Source of the DNA: Patescibacteria group bacterium
Lineage (GTDB): Bacteria > Patescibacteriota > Saccharimonadia > Saccharimonadales > UBA4665
Length of the DNA stretch: 64,000 nt
Assembly: GCA_035479615.1 (NCBI GenBank)
Contig: DATIIM010000019.1
Coordinates: 29,590 to 93,589, forward strand
Direction of reading: 5' to 3'
Shown here: positions 28,342 through 36,978 of the stretch, in pieces
How the letters are laid out: each line of letters begins with the position of its first letter
Position numbering within the stretch: position 1 is the first letter of the stretch
Program-made: the position numbers and the translations under genes
Notes under the pieces: generated by a model
Databases searched by the model: none
What the model was told of the DNA's origin: nothing
Seen by the model: only the letters and a program-made list of their open reading frames with translations

Positions 28342-28833
28342 ATGCCCTGGTTTCACCCCAAGTCACTGCTAGACAAGACGTATGAGATCGGCCTTATTAT
28401 TAAAGGCTTTGACGGCAGCGTCGAATTGATCGCTGGCATCTTGCTGCTTGTCATTCCTGCTGCCACCATTGAGCATGTAGTCTGGGCGGTGACGCACGGT
28501 GAGCTGGCGACTGACCCGCATGATTTTATCGCCACGCATATTTTGCACTATGGCCAACAGCTGGCCAGCGGACATAACCTGTTTGCTGTACTCTTTTTGT
28601 TGACGCACGGTGGTGTTAAGGTTGGGCTCGTTGTCGCACTACTGCTCCAAAAGCTGTGGGCCTATCCGTGGGCGCTGGGAGCGCTCGTATTATTCCTGGC
28701 GTACCAGGTCTATCTGCTGGTGACACAACCAACATTCATCATGGCCTTTTTGACGTTCCTAGATGTAGCGATTATCTGGCTAGTATGGCGTGAGTGGCAG
28801 AAGGTAAAGGCTCCGGCCGCGGCCGCGGACTAA
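28342..28833 (+). CDS. DUF2127-like membrane protein
   Basis: IIKGFDGSVEL, THGELATDPHDFIA and LLTHGGVKVGLVVALL; four TM segments. Family call from recall. Confidence 0.75.
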   Translation: MPWFHPKSLLDKTYEIGLIIKGFDGSVELIAGILLLVIPAATIEHVVWAVTHGELATDPHDFIATHILHYGQQLASGHNLFAVLFLLTHGGVKVGLVVALLLQKLWAYPWALGALVLFLAYQVYLLVTQPTFIMAFLTFLDVAIIWLVWREWQKVKAPAAAAD

Positions 28834-30612
28834 CTAGTCTTCGAGGAACCCGCCGGACTGGTGTGCCCAGAGCCGGGCGTAGGTGCCCTTGTTTTTGAGC
28901 AGTTCTTTGTGCGTGCCTTGCTCGACGATCTCGCCATGTTCCAGTACTAAGATCCGATCCATTTTTTGGATGGTGCTCAACCGGTGGGCAATGACAATAG
29001 CCGTCCGGTCTTGCATGAGCTTCCACAGGGCGTCCTGGATGAGCACTTCGCTTTCGCTGTCCAGTGCTGAGGTAGCCTCGTCCAAGATGAGTAACGGAGC
29101 ATCTTTAAGGATTGCGCGGGCAATCGCAATGCGCTGGCGCTGGCCGCCACTCAGCTTTACACCGCGCTCGCCAACAACGGTGTCGTATTTGTGCGGCAGG
29201 TCTTGAATGAAATCAGCGGCGTGCGCAGCTTTTGCGGCTTTGAGAATGTCAGCTGCGGTGGCATCCGGCTTGCCATAGGCGATGTTGTCGGTAATTGGCC
29301 GGTGGAACAAGAGCGGTTCCTGCGGCACGTACGATATCGCCTGACGCAGGGATGCCTGAGTAACGTCGGCAATGTTTTGGCCGTCGATGCTAATAGTGCC
29401 TTCGTTGATATCTTCAAAGCGCAGCAATAGGCGGGTGAGGGTCGATTTGCCGCCGCCGCTTGGCCCGACCAACCCGATTTTTTCACCTGGCTTAATGTTC
29501 AGTTCTAGGTTTTTGAATACTTGCTGCTCGGTGTTTTCGTCTTGGTAGCGGAAGCTTACGGTGTCAAATATAATGCCGCCTTTTTTGACTGCCAGCGGTT
29601 GGGCGTCGGGCTTATCGAGGATTTCAATCTCTTGCGACAGAATTTCGGTCATAGACGATGCCATGAGCAGCCCGTCTTCCATGCCGCGGGTCATGGTGTT
29701 GATGTCGAACAGTTTGCTGCTGAGTGTAATAGTGAATGAAAATGCAAAGATGCCAATGCCGAGCAGGCTCGGGTCGTTATGGATAAGCCGGACGATCACC
29801 AGTACAAACAGGATTTGCATAAGCACCAGCCCAGCGATACGGTTGCTGCCGTTCAGGGCAGCGCGGGTCCAGTCGTGTATACGCATATCGAGCAGCTGCG
29901 AACCAAAGCCGGCATGAGTTTGGAGTTCGGTATCTTCACGGGCAAATGTTTTAACGGTTTGGACATTCATAATGGTGTCGGCAAGGTGGCCAGTCAGGTT
30001 TTTGGTCGCCACAAGGCGGCGCTTGCGTACGCCCGCCCGGCGCCGGCTTTCATATAGGGCGGTGCCAACCACCATGAAAGTCATGGCAAGTATTACTAAG
30101 CCTAAAATCCAGGAATCAAAAAAGATAACTAGGGTGCCGGTAACAACGGTCAGTGTAAAGGGCATCATTTGGCTCACCAGGGTGTTGCTGAGCATGCCAA
30201 AGCCTGAAGGGAAGTCGACAGCATCCGAAACGAGCTTGCCGCCGATCGTATTGTTATGGAAACCCATGCTGCGTTTAAGGAGCGCCTCCAGCCCTTGGGC
30301 TTGCAGGCGGCGCATGGCGATTGCCTGATATTTTAGGTAGGCCGTAAAACCGTAGCGGTTGCCGACAAACCCGAGTACGGCGGCCACGGCGAACCCAATG
30401 ATATATGGTTGCGAGCTAACGCCCGGCCGGCCAAGTGTCGCCAATGTCTTGCCGATAAACAGCGGGACGAGGGTACCCAGGCAGATCGTGCCAATGGGGT
30501 ACAACAGCAACCGTACCAGCAGCACCTTCGGTGTTTGCTTGCTGGCATCCCAAAACAACCGCAGGGTTTGGCGGTCGGTTTCACTGATGTATTTGTCTTG
30601 TTTATCTGCCAT
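28834..30612 (-). CDS. ABC exporter, fused TMD-NBD (MdlB-like), 4th gene of the operon
   Basis: GPSGGGKS, LSGGQRQR, DEATSALD and AHRLSTI. Start is MADKQ at 30612; the ORF-track extension overlaps the upstream gene. Confidence 0.93.
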   Translation of the reverse strand: MADKQDKYISETDRQTLRLFWDASKQTPKVLLVRLLLYPIGTICLGTLVPLFIGKTLATLGRPGVSSQPYIIGFAVAAVLGFVGNRYGFTAYLKYQAIAMRRLQAQGLEALLKRSMGFHNNTIGGKLVSDAVDFPSGFGMLSNTLVSQMMPFTLTVVTGTLVIFFDSWILGLVILAMTFMVVGTALYESRRRAGVRKRRLVATKNLTGHLADTIMNVQTVKTFAREDTELQTHAGFGSQLLDMRIHDWTRAALNGSNRIAGLVLMQILFVLVIVRLIHNDPSLLGIGIFAFSFTITLSSKLFDINTMTRGMEDGLLMASSMTEILSQEIEILDKPDAQPLAVKKGGIIFDTVSFRYQDENTEQQVFKNLELNIKPGEKIGLVGPSGGGKSTLTRLLLRFEDINEGTISIDGQNIADVTQASLRQAISYVPQEPLLFHRPITDNIAYGKPDATAADILKAAKAAHAADFIQDLPHKYDTVVGERGVKLSGGQRQRIAIARAILKDAPLLILDEATSALDSESEVLIQDALWKLMQDRTAIVIAHRLSTIQKMDRILVLEHGEIVEQGTHKELLKNKGTYARLWAHQSGGFLED

Positions 30613-30616
30613 AAAA

Positions 30617-32377
30617 TTATGCTTCCTCGATAAATCCGCCGGACTGGTGCGCCCACAGCTTACCATACAGACCCTTACGTTTGACAAGCTCGCTATGCGT
30701 CCCTTCTTCAACGATAGTGCCCTTGTCGAGCACCACAATGCGGTCCATTCGCTGGATTGTCGACAGGCGGTGGGCGATCACAATCGTGGTTTTGCCTTGC
30801 ATCAGTTTCCAGAGGCCGTCTTGGATGTAGGCTTCGCTTTCGGAGTCGAGTGCCGAAGTTGCTTCGTCTAATACAAGTATGGGTGCTTTTTTGACCATGG
30901 CGCGGGCAATCGCAATGCGCTGGCGTTGGCCGCCACTTAGCTTTACGCCGCGCTCGCCAACCATTGTGTCGTAGCCATGGGGCAGGTCTTTAATAAATTC
31001 GTGAGCGTGGGCTTGCTTGGCTACGCGGATAATATCTTGCTCATCTGCATCGGGGTTGCCATAGCGGATGTTTTCTTTGATGCTGCGGTGGAATAGTAGC
31101 GGTTCCTGCGGCACGTACGATATCGCCTGGTGGAGGTCATCCTGAAGGATCGTGCGGATATCCTGGCCGTCAATGGCAATAGTGCCGCTTTGGATGTCAA
31201 CGAACCGCAGCAGCAGTTTAGTCAGCGTTGATTTGCCGCCGCCGCTTGGCCCGACCAACCCGACCTTTTCACCTGGTTTGATCTGCAGATTAAAACCATT
31301 GAGCAGTGCCTGTGCGTTGTCCGCTTGCTCGTGATAGCTAAACACAACATTGCGCAGCTCGATGTCGCCCTGGTTAATACGGCTCGGCTCCGGGTGCTCA
31401 GGGTCTTTGATTACTGGTGTACGGCCCAGTAGCTCGGTCATTTCGTGAGCATCGCCCAAGATGCCTTCAAATTGGCGCACAACAGATGTGGCTACGCCAA
31501 TGCTGTCGATGATCCGCAAGATGTACAACTGGAATAACAGGAACGCGGCAATAGTCAGCGCATGGTGTTGGACAGCGATAATACCCCCGATGAATACCGT
31601 CAATTGCAGAGTGCCGCAGAGCAAGTTAATAGCTAGGGTGTTACGGACCGCCATTTCCCAGCTGCGATAGTAACGGTTGGAGCGTTCCTGGTTTGTTGCG
31701 CCATATCGGCGTTGTTCGTTAGATTCTTGGGCAAATGTTTTAACGGTAACGGCATTGGTTATGATGTCGGCCAGCTCACCGGTTTGCTCGCTTTCTTTTG
31801 CGACGGCTGCACGACGAACCGCCATACGGCGTATCGCCAGGTAAATCACGATGCTCACCGACGCTACCCACAACCCGGCTACGGCCAGGCCGATAGCAAA
31901 GTTGTAGTGCATCATAATGCCGATCGCTACCAGAACGCCACAGAGCAGCCCAAAGGCGTCCAGGAAGAACACGGTATTGAGTACCTCATAGCCTTTCGCA
32001 AAGCGGTTAGCCTGAGCTACCAGCGACCCGCCAAAGCTATTGGCAAAGAACCCGTACTCTTGCTTGAGCAGGTGCTTAAGGTTGGCGTTGTAGATGTCGC
32101 GGGTGGTCTTGGCACACAGCTGCATAATGCAGTAGCGGTCGGATGCATAGCGGAGCAGCGCACCGCTAATTAACGACCCGCCGGCGAGCCACAAATACGC
32201 AGTACTGACCGGCGTGTGGCTCGCCAGTTGCCCGAGCGCTTTGGCAATAAACAGCGGGCATAGGATACCCTGCAGCACGTATGCCGGACCCATCAAGGCG
32301 GCACCGGCTACGAGCCACGGGTGCATTCGCCAGTACGTGAGGTATATCCGGAGTGCGCGCAAGCTGGTGTCGTTCAT
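30617..32377 (-). CDS. ABC exporter, fused TMD-NBD (MdlB-like), 3rd gene of the operon
   Basis: Six-TM N-terminal half; GPSGGGKS, LSGGQ and DEATSALD. Confidence 0.93.
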   Translation of the reverse strand: MNDTSLRALRIYLTYWRMHPWLVAGAALMGPAYVLQGILCPLFIAKALGQLASHTPVSTAYLWLAGGSLISGALLRYASDRYCIMQLCAKTTRDIYNANLKHLLKQEYGFFANSFGGSLVAQANRFAKGYEVLNTVFFLDAFGLLCGVLVAIGIMMHYNFAIGLAVAGLWVASVSIVIYLAIRRMAVRRAAVAKESEQTGELADIITNAVTVKTFAQESNEQRRYGATNQERSNRYYRSWEMAVRNTLAINLLCGTLQLTVFIGGIIAVQHHALTIAAFLLFQLYILRIIDSIGVATSVVRQFEGILGDAHEMTELLGRTPVIKDPEHPEPSRINQGDIELRNVVFSYHEQADNAQALLNGFNLQIKPGEKVGLVGPSGGGKSTLTKLLLRFVDIQSGTIAIDGQDIRTILQDDLHQAISYVPQEPLLFHRSIKENIRYGNPDADEQDIIRVAKQAHAHEFIKDLPHGYDTMVGERGVKLSGGQRQRIAIARAMVKKAPILVLDEATSALDSESEAYIQDGLWKLMQGKTTIVIAHRLSTIQRMDRIVVLDKGTIVEEGTHSELVKRKGLYGKLWAHQSGGFIEEA

Positions 32378-34170
32378 GAGGCATCCTCTTCGAGGAACCC
32401 GCCGGACTGGTGCGCCCAGAGCTTGGCGTACGTACCCTTATGCTGCAACAGCGAGTGGTGCGTGCCTTCTTCTAAGATTTCCCCTTGGTCCAATACGATG
32501 ATCCGATCCATTTTTTGGATGGTGGATAAGCGGTGGGCGATGACAATAGCCGTGCGGCCTTTCATCAACTGCCAAAGGGCTGCCTGAATCAGTTTTTCGC
32601 TCTCGCTGTCGAGTGCCGATGTTGCTTCGTCGAGTACTAGGATGGGTGCGTCTTTGAGGATGGCCCGGGCGATAACTACCCGCTGGCGCTGGCCGCCACT
32701 CAGCTTTACACCGCGCTCACCAACGAGTGTGTCGTACCCCTTGGGCAGCTTGTCGATGAATTCGCTGGCGTAGGCTTTTTCGGCGGCAAGTTTTATCTCG
32801 GCTTCGGTAGCGTCGGGTTTGCCGTAGGCAATGTTTTCCCGGATGCTGCGGTGAAACAGCAATGGTTCCTGTGGCACATAGGCAATACTGCGGCGCAGAT
32901 CGTCTTGCGTGATGCTGGTAATGTCTTGGCCATCGATCAGAATATGGCCGCCGTCTATGTCGCTAAACCGGAGCAGCAAGCGGGTGAGCGTGGTTTTGCC
33001 CGAACCAGAGTGCCCAACCAGCCCGATTTTTTCGCTTGGCTTAATAGACAGGTTAAGGTTGGCGAACAGTGTGTCGCCCTGGCGCGAGTCGGGGTGCGTG
33101 AAGTCGACATCTTTAAAGGCAATAGCGCCTTGCTTAATGTGCGATTTTTCAGGGTGCAACGGGTCTTTGATTTCCGGCTCAATAGCCAGGATTTCGGTCA
33201 TCGCCTGGGCATCCCCAAAGGCCCGGTTGTAGTTGCGCAGCGCTTGAGTACTAAAGTCCCAAAGCCGCGTTAGAATGTCGCCAGCATAGTTGAGCATTAG
33301 GAATACGACTGCAATGTCGGCGTGGAACATGACAATACTGGCCGTTGCCAAAATAAGCGACAAGGCATTAATGCTGACACCAATAGTACCGAACGCCGAT
33401 TCCACTTTAAGCGTTGCCCACATAACTTTGATCGTGGCCTTGCGGGCTGTTTCGCTGACATCATCGAAGCGGTCGCTTTCCATCTTGCCAGCAGCAAAGC
33501 CTTTGATGGCCATAACGTTTGTCACTGCGTCGGCCAGCTGCCCGGTTTGGTCGTTGCTGGCCTCGGCTTCCTCGGCATTCAAGCGGCGGACTTTGCGAGT
33601 AATGAGCATGGCGCACGACATATAGAACACGGTGAATACCACCAGTAGTACTACAAATACGGGCGCTTTATGTATAAGTAAGATGCTTGTAAATAACAGC
33701 GACCACACCACACCTAATACCTGGAAAACCGTGGAATCGGTAAAGCGGATGTACGCGCCGGTTAGCTTTGAGGTCTGGGAAACAAGCGACCCGCCAAAGT
33801 GGTTGGCGTGGAAGGACGGGCTGAGGCGCATGAGGTGGTTAAAGACCTTACGGTTCAGGTCGCGGACGACATTCGCCTCGAGCTTGTAGTTAAAGTAAAT
33901 GACAATGCGCCACAGCACAATGCCGCCGAACGCTTCCAGGGCAATGGCCAGCAGCATGTTGTGTCCAAAACTGCCCCATAAATCGCCTTTGGTGAAATCT
34001 TGCTTACTCAGCCGGTTCAGAATGTCGGCAATTATGAGGGCCGGCAGGAACCGCAAAAACAGGATGGCAAACGGATGAGTAAAGAGCATGCCAAAGAGCA
34101 GCTTCGGATAGCGGAGCTGCTCCCGGACAAAGAGCCGGATTATGGTTTTGATGTTTTCTAAATCAGACAT
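32374..34170 (-). CDS. ABC exporter, fused TMD-NBD (MdlB-like), 2nd gene of the operon
   Basis: GHSGSGKT, LSGGQ and DEATSALD. Confidence 0.93.
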   Translation of the reverse strand: MSDLENIKTIIRLFVREQLRYPKLLFGMLFTHPFAILFLRFLPALIIADILNRLSKQDFTKGDLWGSFGHNMLLAIALEAFGGIVLWRIVIYFNYKLEANVVRDLNRKVFNHLMRLSPSFHANHFGGSLVSQTSKLTGAYIRFTDSTVFQVLGVVWSLLFTSILLIHKAPVFVVLLVVFTVFYMSCAMLITRKVRRLNAEEAEASNDQTGQLADAVTNVMAIKGFAAGKMESDRFDDVSETARKATIKVMWATLKVESAFGTIGVSINALSLILATASIVMFHADIAVVFLMLNYAGDILTRLWDFSTQALRNYNRAFGDAQAMTEILAIEPEIKDPLHPEKSHIKQGAIAFKDVDFTHPDSRQGDTLFANLNLSIKPSEKIGLVGHSGSGKTTLTRLLLRFSDIDGGHILIDGQDITSITQDDLRRSIAYVPQEPLLFHRSIRENIAYGKPDATEAEIKLAAEKAYASEFIDKLPKGYDTLVGERGVKLSGGQRQRVVIARAILKDAPILVLDEATSALDSESEKLIQAALWQLMKGRTAIVIAHRLSTIQKMDRIIVLDQGEILEEGTHHSLLQHKGTYAKLWAHQSGGFLEEDAS

Positions 34171-34184
34171 ATCTTTCAGTTAGG

Positions 34185-35960
34185 TTAATCTTCGATAAAG
34201 CCGCCTGATTGGTGCGACCATAACTTGGCATAGACTCCCTTGGTATTAAGGAGTTCTTTGTGCGTCCCTTGCTCTACAATTGTACCCTTTTCCAGCACTA
34301 AAATCCGGTCCATTTTTTGGATGGTGGATAAGCGGTGGGCAATCACAATTGCCGTGCGGCCTTCCATAAGTTTCCACAGGGCGTCCTGGATGAGCACTTC
34401 GCTTTCGCTGTCCAGTGCCGAGGTCGCTTCGTCGAGCACCAAGATCGGTGCGTTTTTAAGCATGGCCCGGGCGATGGCAATCCGCTGGCGCTGCCCGCCG
34501 GACAGTTTAGTCCCGCGTTCACCAACCATTGTGTCGTAGCCATTGGGCAGGCTTTGGATGAACTCGTGGGCGTTGCTCATCTTTGCGGCAGCAAATACTT
34601 GCTTGTCGCTGGCATCGAGCTGCCCATAGCGGATGTTATCCATGATGCTGCGGTGGAACATCAGTGGTTCCTGCGGTACATAGGCAATGTGGCTGCGCAG
34701 ATCTTCTTGGGCGACGCGGGCAATGTTGTGCCCGTCAATCACGATCTCGCCCTTTTGGATATCCATCATGCGCAGGAGCAGGTAGGTAAGCGATGTCTTG
34801 CCCGAACCGCTCGGCCCAACCAACCCGACTTTTTCACCTGGCTTGATGTGCAGGTCCAGCTTTTTGAATATGCGGGCACCGTCATCATTGTGTTTAAAGT
34901 CGACCTTTTTGAACAAGATGTCGCCGCGGGTAAAGTGTGCAGGTTCAGGGTTGGCGATGTTTTTGACTTCTGGCTCCATGCCCAGGATCTCGGTCATTTC
35001 TTGGGCATCACCGAACACCCGGTTCAGGTTGCGGAAGAAGCCGTTCATTTCCCATAGACGGCCCATGATGCCGCCGGTGTAGGTAAGAATCAAGTACACT
35101 AACCCAACCTGTACCTTGCCGTTGACAGCCAACCAGAGTGAAACCAGGATGGCAGTGAATTGGATAAGGCGTTGGATCGAGTTCGTGAAGACCTCGCTGT
35201 TCATGGCGTGGCGCATGGTTTTGAGGGATGAGTCAGTAACGTCTTGGGCGCGGCCTTGGAACAGTGTGGCTTCTAGCTTTTCGTGGGCAAACGACTTGAC
35301 CGCCGCAATGTTCGTAACGCTGTCGGCCAACTGGCCAGTGCGCCGGTTTTCGGTCTCGGCCCAGTGCTTGTTAAGGCTGAGTTCGCGCTTTTTAAGGTGG
35401 TAAACGGTGTAAATATAGACGGCAGCGAGCACGGTAATGCCAACTACATAGAGCGGTGCCGGCCGGATCAGGATTACTGCGGTCAGGACGAAGCCGATGA
35501 TTAGCTTGTAGACCGTCCAAATGAGGCCGTCGGCGAGGCGCTCGTATGATCCAACGAATTTGTTGACCTGGCTTACAATGGAGCCGCCAAAGCGGTTGCT
35601 AAAGAAGCGCTGGCTCATGGTGAGCAAGTGCGTGAAAGCGGTTGTCGCCAAGTCTTGCATGGTTCGTTCTTCCATACGCCACACCGACCGGACAATCCGG
35701 TTCCAGGCCAGTAATTGGAAGACTTCGGCTGCCAAAATGCCCAGCATGTACGGCATAAAGCTGCTAAGTTGCAATTCGTGGTGGGCGGCGCTGGCTGTTG
35801 CTAGCATCGTCAAAATGTGGCTGATAAGGATCGGCACGGCGAAGTCGTCGGCAAATTGTGCGATCGGTGCGGCAAGCAGGACTACCCAGAAGTCACGCTT
35901 GTGATTAAGCGTGTGCGCGAGGTAAATTTTAACTGTCTTGCGTGAAATAGGGGTTGCCAT
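34185..35960 (-). CDS. ABC exporter, fused TMD-NBD (MdlB-like), 1st gene of the operon
   Basis: GPSGSGKT, LSGGQ and DEATSALD; SD GGAGG upstream. Confidence 0.93.
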   Translation of the reverse strand: MATPISRKTVKIYLAHTLNHKRDFWVVLLAAPIAQFADDFAVPILISHILTMLATASAAHHELQLSSFMPYMLGILAAEVFQLLAWNRIVRSVWRMEERTMQDLATTAFTHLLTMSQRFFSNRFGGSIVSQVNKFVGSYERLADGLIWTVYKLIIGFVLTAVILIRPAPLYVVGITVLAAVYIYTVYHLKKRELSLNKHWAETENRRTGQLADSVTNIAAVKSFAHEKLEATLFQGRAQDVTDSSLKTMRHAMNSEVFTNSIQRLIQFTAILVSLWLAVNGKVQVGLVYLILTYTGGIMGRLWEMNGFFRNLNRVFGDAQEMTEILGMEPEVKNIANPEPAHFTRGDILFKKVDFKHNDDGARIFKKLDLHIKPGEKVGLVGPSGSGKTSLTYLLLRMMDIQKGEIVIDGHNIARVAQEDLRSHIAYVPQEPLMFHRSIMDNIRYGQLDASDKQVFAAAKMSNAHEFIQSLPNGYDTMVGERGTKLSGGQRQRIAIARAMLKNAPILVLDEATSALDSESEVLIQDALWKLMEGRTAIVIAHRLSTIQKMDRILVLEKGTIVEQGTHKELLNTKGVYAKLWSHQSGGFIED

Positions 35961-36060
35961 AATAGCCTCCAGCTAGTGGCATGAACAGGGAAGTTCACGG
36001 TGATTTTATATAGTATGTGGTGTTTAGATTAGTAAAAAGAGATTCAATTTAGGGAGCGGG

Positions 36061-36117
36061 TTAGCCGCGTAAGGCGGTAACGCCGTACCCAGTAACAATC
36101 TGAGTCTGTGATGTCAT
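36061..36117 (-). CDS. Putative 18-aa leader peptide MTSQTQIVTGYGVTALRG
   Basis: Manual translation of the minus strand. Purine-rich SD AAGGAAAGGG upstream, TGCTATAAT further upstream (36159-36167), and a hairpin over the last codons and stop. Confidence 0.5.
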   Translation of the reverse strand: MTSQTQIVTGYGVTALRG

Positions 36118-36237
36118 GTAAGCTGCCGCCCTTTCCTTAAAAATAAACATTAGTTTTGATTATAGCACTTATGTCAATAATTACAGATTATTTAACGTAG
36201 CTTTATTTACAACTTAGCAACACAGTATACTGTGGGT

Positions 36238-36978
36238 ATGGGTACCAACCGCCGCCTTCCTGCCTTTTTACCGCCTGACCAATACGACCTAACCGATGCT
36301 GATCGCGCTCGTTTTATCGAAGAGCGGCAGCGCGGTATGTTGCCGCCAGATAGCCCAGAGCTATCTAAAGCGGTCGCTCCCTTACCTGTAGACGCTATCA
36401 AAACTCCGCGTATCCAGCAGGTTATCGCCAGTTTGTTCACTGCTGCAAACGGACAGCGCCGCGACACCCTAAATGGTAAGAAAAAGCGTACACTCGTTGG
36501 TTTAGCGGCCCCGCAGATCGGCGAACGTTACCGGGTTATCCTTGTTGACACTAGAGTGGACGAAAGCCGTAAAGAGTACGGCAACCTCGAATGTCTCATT
36601 AACCCAGAAATTATTTGGCGAACCCGCGAAACCATAGAAGGCCGCGAAGGCTGCTTCTCGGCTGGCCCGGTATGGGGGCTGGTCCGGCGGCCAGCAGCCA
36701 TAAAAGTCCGGGCCTACACGAAAGACGGCGTGCAAGTAGAACGCATCCTCGAAGGCTTTACCGCCCGCATAGCCTGCCACGAAATAGACCACCTGGATGG
36801 TATACGCTTCCCAGAACGTATCAAGAACGACCGTAAGCGGCACTGGGTGCACACCGAGGAGTTGGGCGACTACCCGGACTACATCAAACACTGGCCTCGG
36901 CTCTGTACCAAGGAGCGTTGGGAGGCGTACAAAATTGCCGGTAACGACGCCAGCCTCCGAGCTACTCCTCGCGCATAA
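36238..36978 (+). CDS. def: Peptide deformylase with N- and C-terminal extensions
   Basis: The three PDF motifs GLAAPQIG, EGCFS and HEIDHLDG. Confidence 0.88.
   Translation: MGTNRRLPAFLPPDQYDLTDADRARFIEERQRGMLPPDSPELSKAVAPLPVDAIKTPRIQQVIASLFTAANGQRRDTLNGKKKRTLVGLAAPQIGERYRVILVDTRVDESRKEYGNLECLINPEIIWRTRETIEGREGCFSAGPVWGLVRRPAAIKVRAYTKDGVQVERILEGFTARIACHEIDHLDGIRFPERIKNDRKRHWVHTEELGDYPDYIKHWPRLCTKERWEAYKIAGNDASLRATPRA

Noticed and set aside
36159-36177. TTGACA/TATAAT pair as a full -35/-10 promoter on the minus strand
   Set aside because: The two hexamers are only 7 nt apart; only the extended -10 is retained.
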